From positions 553,802 through 617,801 of the forward strand of contig JAHFLL010000001.1 of the NCBI GenBank assembly GCA_023244895.1: a DNA stretch of 64,000 nucleotides, read 5' to 3'. Below are positions 54,841-64,000 of the stretch, in pieces (position 1 is the stretch's first letter; each line of letters begins with the position of its first letter). The DNA comes from Candidatus Liptonbacteria bacterium. GTDB taxonomy: Bacteria; Patescibacteriota; Minisyncoccia; UBA6257; 2-01-FULL-56-20. A program made the translations under genes and the position numbers. The notes under the pieces are model-generated. The model was given only the letters and a program-made list of their open reading frames with translations, made no database searches and was not told the DNA's origin.

Positions 54841-56541
54841 ATGGCTCTTAGCGAAATAGTTAAAAAAGAACCGAACGGTCTTATCGCCCGGGCTTATAAG
54901 TTCGCGGAAAAGGCGCATGCCGGGCAAAAGCGCAAGACCGGCGAACCATATTTCAATCATGTTAAAGCCACCGCGGAAAATCTATTTGGCTGGCATCTGG
55001 ACGACACCACTGTTGCCGCCGGACTACTGCACGACACCGTAGAAGATACCGGCATTCCGCTCTCAACCATCAAAGACGAATTTGGAGAAGAGGTAGCGTT
55101 TCTGGTGGACGGCGTAACCAAGCTGGGACATATAAAATACCGCGGAGTAGAAACCCAGGTGGAAAATCTGCGCAAGATGTTCCTGGCTCTATCGGAAGAC
55201 TTGCGGGTAGTCTTTATTAAGCTGGCGGACCGCTTGCACAATATGCAGACCTTGGGCGCCCTGCCACCCCAGAAACAAAAAAGGATTGCATTGGAAACGG
55301 ATGAAATTTACGCTCCTATCGCCTACCGGCTTGGCATGCAAAATCTTTCCGGCATACTGCAAGACATAGCCTTCCCCTATCTCTACCCCCAGGAGGAGCG
55401 CTGGCTGAAGCGCATGGTTAAAGACGAATATCTGGAACGGGAAAAATATTTGAAACACATCAAGCCCGCGCTGGAAGAAGCCCTGCGAGAGGTCGGGCTT
55501 AAAGAATATTCCATTGATTTCCGCGCTAAGCGCTACAGTAGTCTGTACCACAAGTTAATGCGACACGATATGGATATAAACCAAATCTACGACTTGGTCG
55601 CTATGCGTGTTATCGTTCAATCTATCTCGGACTGCTATCTGGTCCTGGGAATAGTACATAAGGTCTGGCCGCCACTCCCGGGCAGGATTAAGGACTATGT
55701 TGCCATGCCTAAGCCCAACGGATACCGCTCGCTCCACACTACCGTTATCGGACCGGAAGAGAAATTCGTTGAAGTGCAAATTAGAACCAGTCAGATGCAT
55801 GAGGAAAACGAGAATGGTATCGCAGCGCACTGGCTCTATGAGCAGAAAAAACAAGGCGGAGGCAAACAGACTAGCTTGGGCAAACTGGCGGAAGAATTGA
55901 AATGGGTCCAACAATTGCGACGTTGGCAGGAAAGCTTTACGGAAGGCAATCCGGAAGAATCGCTCTCTTCCATGAAGATAGATTTTTTCCGCAATCGCAT
56001 CTTCGCGATAACCCCCAAGGGCGACGTTATTGATTTGCCGGCCGGCTCCACTCCGGTTGATTTCGCGTATCAGATACATAGCGACATCGGCAACTCCTGC
56101 ATGGGCGCGAAAGTTAACGATCGCTTCGTGCCGCTGGACCACGAACTCCGCTCCGGGGACGTGGTCGTAATTCTCGCTCAAAAAGGCAAAAGGCCATCCG
56201 AAGACTGGCTCAAGTTCGTGAAGACCAGCATGGCTCGCGACCATATCCGACTGGCGCTTAAACGTAAAAATAAGGGGTTAAAATCCACCGCCTCTACTCC
56301 CACTCGGATAGAGTTTCGGGTCACCGCCAAAAGAAGAATTGGCCTACTTAAGGACATCTCTCAAATATTTTCTCAATCTCACTTCAGCATTCTAGACATT
56401 AACACTCCCGGCCAGCCCGACAGCGACTTTCATGTGATCCGCATCCAAACGGAGCTCGCGGAAAAACGTAAGGTGGAAAAAACCATCCTCAAGCTAAAGA
56501 GAATAAAAGAGGTTCAAGAAGCAGGTTACCAGTTAGTGTAG
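54841..56541 (+). CDS. rel: RelA/SpoT-family (p)ppGpp synthetase/hydrolase (short, 566 aa)
   Basis: HD hydrolase motif (HDTVEDT), synthetase motif (YRSLHTTVIGP, EVQIRT), TGS region, C-terminal ACT-like domain. Confidence 0.85.
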   Translation: MALSEIVKKEPNGLIARAYKFAEKAHAGQKRKTGEPYFNHVKATAENLFGWHLDDTTVAAGLLHDTVEDTGIPLSTIKDEFGEEVAFLVDGVTKLGHIKYRGVETQVENLRKMFLALSEDLRVVFIKLADRLHNMQTLGALPPQKQKRIALETDEIYAPIAYRLGMQNLSGILQDIAFPYLYPQEERWLKRMVKDEYLEREKYLKHIKPALEEALREVGLKEYSIDFRAKRYSSLYHKLMRHDMDINQIYDLVAMRVIVQSISDCYLVLGIVHKVWPPLPGRIKDYVAMPKPNGYRSLHTTVIGPEEKFVEVQIRTSQMHEENENGIAAHWLYEQKKQGGGKQTSLGKLAEELKWVQQLRRWQESFTEGNPEESLSSMKIDFFRNRIFAITPKGDVIDLPAGSTPVDFAYQIHSDIGNSCMGAKVNDRFVPLDHELRSGDVVVILAQKGKRPSEDWLKFVKTSMARDHIRLALKRKNKGLKSTASTPTRIEFRVTAKRRIGLLKDISQIFSQSHFSILDINTPGQPDSDFHVIRIQTELAEKRKVEKTILKLKRIKEVQEAGYQLV

Positions 56542-56545
56542 GAAA

Positions 56546-57616
56546 TTATTCCTCCTTGCCGGCAATTCTTTCCAAAATATTACGTAACTCCTCTTCGGAA
56601 AAGAAGTTGATGGTGATCTTGCCGGAGCCCTCCCCTTTCGCGTCTATTTCTACCGGCGCGCCCAGCTCGGAACTTAAGCGTTCCTGTATCATCTTTATTT
56701 CCGTAGGCACCGTATGCCGTTCGCGAGGCTTCTGGATGGAGGTGGCTCGCACTCGATTCTTAAGCTCGCGCGTGGTCATACCGTGCGCCAAAAGGTCCTG
56801 AAAGAGCCGTTCTTGGGCAGCGGGGTCGTCCACCGCGAGAAGTAGGCGGCCATGGCTTTCGCTCATCTGCCCTTTCTCTATCGCTTCCCGGATATGATCC
56901 GGCAGATCCAAGAGGCGCATGGTGTTGGCCACCGCCTCTCTACTCTTGCCTAAGCGGGCAGCAACCTCGCGTTGAGTCATACGAAACTCATCCTGGAGTC
57001 GTGCGAAGGCGCGCGCCATTTCAATAGGGTTAAGGTTCTCGCGCTGGATATTTTCTATAATCGCGAGTTCCAGTCTTTCTTTTTCAAACTTAACATTACG
57101 AATAATAGCGGGAATGGTCTCCAGGCCCAGGAGCTTTGTTGCCTGCAAGCGGCGTTCGCCCGAAATCAGTTGGTATTCCACCACCGTGCCCGTGGGAGTT
57201 TCGTGCTCTACCTTGGAAACAACTATGGGTTGAAGCAAGCCAAATTCGCGGATAGAAGAGGCCAATTCCTTTAGGGCTTCTGGGTCAAAGTTACGCCGGG
57301 GCTGGTCCGGATTTGGGAAAACCTTGCCGACCTCTACATGAAAAATAGCATCTCCCATACGGGAAGCATCCAGCTTTTCTTTGTCCTTCTTGGCCGCCTC
57401 CCAGGCCCAATCCTTTTTCTCATCCACCGGCTCAAGATCCTCCGCCGGAGAAGCGACGGGAAAAGACACAACCGGATCAGAAATCGGAGCGGGAGACACC
57501 GGCTCGGGAGCGGGAGAACTCTGATTGGGAATAAGCGATTCCAAACCCTTGCCTAATCCGGAGCTCTGTCCTTGAGAGTTATTCCCGAAAGGATTATTTT
57601 GTTCGTCGTTATACAT
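56546..57616 (-). CDS. parB: Chromosome partitioning protein ParB/Spo0J with about 100-aa low-complexity N-terminal extension
   Basis: LGKGLESLI box, ParB nuclease-like motif GERRLQATKLLGLETIPAI, HTH; N-terminus is S/P/Q-rich. Confidence 0.85.
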   Translation of the reverse strand: MYNDEQNNPFGNNSQGQSSGLGKGLESLIPNQSSPAPEPVSPAPISDPVVSFPVASPAEDLEPVDEKKDWAWEAAKKDKEKLDASRMGDAIFHVEVGKVFPNPDQPRRNFDPEALKELASSIREFGLLQPIVVSKVEHETPTGTVVEYQLISGERRLQATKLLGLETIPAIIRNVKFEKERLELAIIENIQRENLNPIEMARAFARLQDEFRMTQREVAARLGKSREAVANTMRLLDLPDHIREAIEKGQMSESHGRLLLAVDDPAAQERLFQDLLAHGMTTRELKNRVRATSIQKPRERHTVPTEIKMIQERLSSELGAPVEIDAKGEGSGKITINFFSEEELRNILERIAGKEE

Positions 57617-58412
57617 TAAAATTGCCTCCGCTCATGTTCTGACTTTTTGCCCGACTTTGATTGATTATCTCCAACGCTAGACGATGGTACGCTTCTGCTC
57701 CGGCAGAGTCCGGTCTGTGCAGAACTACCGGCCTACTAAAACTGGGCGCCTCCGCGAGCGCGATACTACGCGGTATTTCGGTTTCAAAAACAGGATGTGG
57801 AAAATGCGCGCGTAAATCCCTGGCAACCTCTCTGTTTAATTGCTCTCTACCATCATACATGGTGAGAAGCGCCCCCGCGACTTCCAAGTTATGTCCCAGA
57901 TTACTGCGGATTAGGTTTATGGTTTCTAGTAGCTGACCCAGACCCTCCAAACTATAATACTCCGCCTGAACCGGTATCAGAACCTCATCGCTTGCCACCA
58001 GCCCGTTTACGGTAAGGAGGCTTAGGCTGGGAGGCATATCTATAAAAATATATTCATAGCCGTGCCTTAGATGGTTTAAAAATCTGCGCAACAACCCCTC
58101 CCGTTTGGGAATATTAACTAACTCCACCAATGCTCCGGCTAGATGAGGCGCGGCGGGGATGTAATGGAAATTATAGAGCGAAGACGGACGGACCAGCTCC
58201 CACGGTTCGGCTTGATTTAGAATACCGTGGTAAACATTCGCCTCACCGCTCCGCGGGTCGTAACCCAGCGCGGAACTAGCATTGGCCTGGGGATCAAAGT
58301 CCACCAGAAGCACGCGCTTGCCCTGTAGGGCAATGTAGGCTGCGAGATTAACGGCGGTAGTAGTTTTACCTACACCACCCTTCTGATTGCAAATGCCGAT
58401 TACACGAGCCAT
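57609..58412 (-). CDS. parA: Chromosome partitioning ATPase ParA/Soj
   Basis: Deviant Walker A KGGVGKTTTAVNLA. Confidence 0.9.
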   Translation of the reverse strand: MARVIGICNQKGGVGKTTTAVNLAAYIALQGKRVLLVDFDPQANASSALGYDPRSGEANVYHGILNQAEPWELVRPSSLYNFHYIPAAPHLAGALVELVNIPKREGLLRRFLNHLRHGYEYIFIDMPPSLSLLTVNGLVASDEVLIPVQAEYYSLEGLGQLLETINLIRSNLGHNLEVAGALLTMYDGREQLNREVARDLRAHFPHPVFETEIPRSIALAEAPSFSRPVVLHRPDSAGAEAYHRLALEIINQSRAKSQNMSGGNFNV

Positions 58413-58484
58413 ATGAAATACATTTTAAGGGTTGGGGTTGATTTTAGCAATAAAAAAAGGTTAAATGTCCCCGTAGCTTGATAA

Positions 58485-58566
58485 GCCCGGGTGGCGGAAT
58501 TGGTAGACGCGCACGACTCAAAATCGTGTGAGGAAACTCATGCCGGTTCGATTCCGGCCCTGGGCA
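58485..58566 (+). tRNA. tRNA-Leu (anticodon CAA), long variable arm
   Basis: 82 nt; acceptor gcccggg/cctgggc (one G-U pair), anticodon loop ct-CAA-aa, extra arm, T-loop ggttcgattcc. Confidence 0.85.
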
Positions 58567-58600
58567 CATGACTCAACTTTAAACCCCTCTTTGGAGGGGT

Positions 58601-59164
58601 TTAAAGTTGAGCGGATGCCAACCCGTCTTCCGTTTCTTTTTTATGGGGATGATATTTACTGAGCAGAAGGTGTATCAAGATGGCGCTTACAAGACCCACG
58701 ACCATGCCACCTAAAATATCTAGTGGCCAGTGCACGCCCGCAACTACGCGCGCGAAACCATTCACCAGAGACAGACCCAGATAAACCAAGCCCCAGCGCC
58801 AGGAGAACATCAGCATGCCACCAGACAAGGCGAACATGAATGACGCATGACCGGAAGGGAAAGAATTACCGTGTTCGGATAGCAGCGCGGCCAGACCCAA
58901 CGCGTCCATGGGACGCGGATGTTGGTAGAAAAAATGAAAAACTTCCGCGATGATTCCTCTGCTCAAAATTAAAATAATGGCGATCTCCAGAAAAACGAAC
59001 CAGCGTTCCCGCTTGCTCTCAAAAGAGAAAATCCAACCGAGCGCCAAGAGAACCATAAAGTACGGCAAATACTGCCCCAGAAAAACAAAAAAACCATCCA
59101 GCAAGAAGCTTTGATGAGATAGCCCGAAAAGAGAATGGAAAAGCGACTCGTTGAGTGTCGCCAT
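58601..59164 (-). CDS. PAP2-family membrane phosphatase
   Basis: PSGHAS and SRxxxxxHxxxD-like motifs of the PAP2 superfamily; 5-6 TM. Confidence 0.75.
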   Translation of the reverse strand: MATLNESLFHSLFGLSHQSFLLDGFFVFLGQYLPYFMVLLALGWIFSFESKRERWFVFLEIAIILILSRGIIAEVFHFFYQHPRPMDALGLAALLSEHGNSFPSGHASFMFALSGGMLMFSWRWGLVYLGLSLVNGFARVVAGVHWPLDILGGMVVGLVSAILIHLLLSKYHPHKKETEDGLASAQL

Positions 59165-59170
59165 TTTAAT

Positions 59171-59371
59171 TTATCTTTTGACGTAAGGCAATAGACCCAT
59201 AAAACGCGCGCGCTTAATCGCCTGTGCGAGCTTGCGCTGATGCCCGGCGCAAATTCCAGTGTGCTTTGGATCAATTATTTTCGCCTGACCGGAAACAAAA
59301 CGCCGCAGAAGAGGAACTTCCTTATAATCTATATCTTTTAAGTTTTGGGAGCAGAAGAAACACTGGACCAT
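59171..59371 (-). CDS. rpsR: 30S ribosomal protein S18
   Basis: 66 aa; CFFC...IDYKEV..LRRFVS.QAKI..PKHTGICAGHQRKL matches bS18. Confidence 0.85.
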   Translation of the reverse strand: MVQCFFCSQNLKDIDYKEVPLLRRFVSGQAKIIDPKHTGICAGHQRKLAQAIKRARFMGLLPYVKR

Positions 59372-59446
59372 TGTTTTAGTAATTTAGTTATTAGTCTTTA
59401 GTTATTAGTAGTATCCATCTAAGTTCTAAGCGCTAAGTCCTAACGA

Positions 59447-59920
59447 CTAGAATGGCAAGTCCTCGGGCTTAATATCATCTTCCAGATCTATGATCGGGAT
59501 ATCTTCCACAGCTGGAGCCTGCGGAGATTCTTCCGGTTTACTATCTCTCTCTGAGGCCGCAGCGGGATTGCCGGTTGGGGCCGCTCCCCCGCCCGCCCGC
59601 GGACCGAGCTGTAATCTTTCACAAATTATCTCGGTAGTTTTATGATTCTGGCCCTGTTTGTCTTGCCAAGTCCGGGTGCGCAGACGTCCCTCCACATAAA
59701 TCATCGCGCCTTTCACTAGAAACTGGCTGGCTATCTCCGCCTGACGCCCCCAGGCAACCACGGAATGAAATTCTACTTCTTCCTGCTTTTTGCCATCCTT
59801 GCTCTGCCAGACACGATTAGTCGCCACCCCAAAGGTTGTAACCGATGCACCCGCGGGAGTATTCCGGAGCTGCGGATCCGCCGTTACCCTACCAATGATG
59901 AAGACTTTATTTAGATTCAT
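59447..59920 (-). CDS. ssb: Single-stranded DNA-binding protein
   Basis: OB-fold motifs, Gly/Pro-rich linker, acidic C-terminal tip DLPF. Confidence 0.9.
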   Translation of the reverse strand: MNLNKVFIIGRVTADPQLRNTPAGASVTTFGVATNRVWQSKDGKKQEEVEFHSVVAWGRQAEIASQFLVKGAMIYVEGRLRTRTWQDKQGQNHKTTEIICERLQLGPRAGGGAAPTGNPAAASERDSKPEESPQAPAVEDIPIIDLEDDIKPEDLPF

Positions 59921-59929
59921 GCTTCTACT

Positions 59930-60367
59930 TTACTGCTGTTGCAGTATTTCTTCAATCTTCTTTTCTAAGTCCTCGTTGCTCAGAGTATCACTTACGGGTT
60001 TACGCTCAGCAGAGACAACTGGAAGCGCCTCCGCGGGACCGCTCTTTGAAGAGGACGCACGGGGCTTGTTGGTCTTAACAGAGGGCGGAGTTATTACCAA
60101 AAAACGCAGGAATATCCCGGCTGTTTTAAGCTCCTTAGAAAGCTCCGCGGCTTGATCCGGAGCCATATTAAAGTGAACAAATCCAAAGTTGGCGGAGGTC
60201 TGTTTTTCAATAGGATACGAGAGAACAATATTCTCTACCGGACCCTCCAAGACCACCTCCCCTCCGAAGCGGTTGATCCACTGGAGCAGAACCTCTTTCC
60301 CGCCCTCTTCTTTACTTAAGAAGGATAATTCGTACTTTTTGCTTTGTTTTTCTGTGTCTTGTTCCAT
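59930..60367 (-). CDS. rpsF: 30S ribosomal protein S6 (with C-terminal extension)
   Basis: YELSFL start typical of bS6; forms the rpsF-ssb-rpsR operon. Confidence 0.8.
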   Translation of the reverse strand: MEQDTEKQSKKYELSFLSKEEGGKEVLLQWINRFGGEVVLEGPVENIVLSYPIEKQTSANFGFVHFNMAPDQAAELSKELKTAGIFLRFLVITPPSVKTNKPRASSSKSGPAEALPVVSAERKPVSDTLSNEDLEKKIEEILQQQ

Positions 60368-60407
60368 AAGCGTTACAAACTCTAACCGATTTGTGTTTTT
60401 GCGTCAA

Positions 60408-64000
<3,593 letters not shown>

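Overview
The window is a gene-dense stretch (about 48-50% GC overall) of what looks like a small-genome bacterium. The translation and cell-division core, a competence-type type IV pilus locus, dprA and many cell-surface hypotheticals suggest a Patescibacteria/CPR-like organism; this is inference from gene content, not from any search. Housekeeping genes identified: rpsL-rpsG-(fusA start), recG, class II RNR nrdJ, obg, uppP, ftsA-ftsZ, ybeY, rpsU, hisS, lepB, pth, rluA-family, dprA, topA, rel, parAB, rpsF-ssb-rpsR, rpoC (runs off the 3' end), and six tRNAs (Arg, Lys, Asn, Ile, Val, Leu). Accessory or otherwise notable content, each detailed under findings: (1) a csoR-copA-HMA/membrane-cupredoxin copper operon with a GC palindrome operator inside its promoter; (2) a long minus-strand type IV pilus locus, fragments 35863..45659, with a PilM/N fusion, an E5-less pseudopilin, a LamG-type minor pilin, a protein with three 'WAWND..GW.SF.C' repeats, pilC, pilB and three tandem mosaic major-pilin paralogs; (3) a 127-bp nested inverted-repeat element exactly centred in the pilB-pilC spacer; (4) a 1287-aa secreted peptidoglycan-binding protein with three about 165-aa repeats, two of them 161-bp identical at DNA level; (5) an EamA/DMT transporter fused to riboflavin kinase; (6) two short cassettes of about 60% GC (3160..3650 and 26087..26610), each with a near-consensus sigma70 promoter, a GGAGG Shine-Dalgarno and a GC-hairpin terminator, one encoding a 114-aa basic protein between tRNA-Arg and tRNA-Lys, the other a 40-aa hydrophobic peptide beside a G-quadruplex/hairpin motif. 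No CRISPR array, rRNA, transposase or integrase was seen. All calls come from reading the sequence and recalling protein families; no database search was run.
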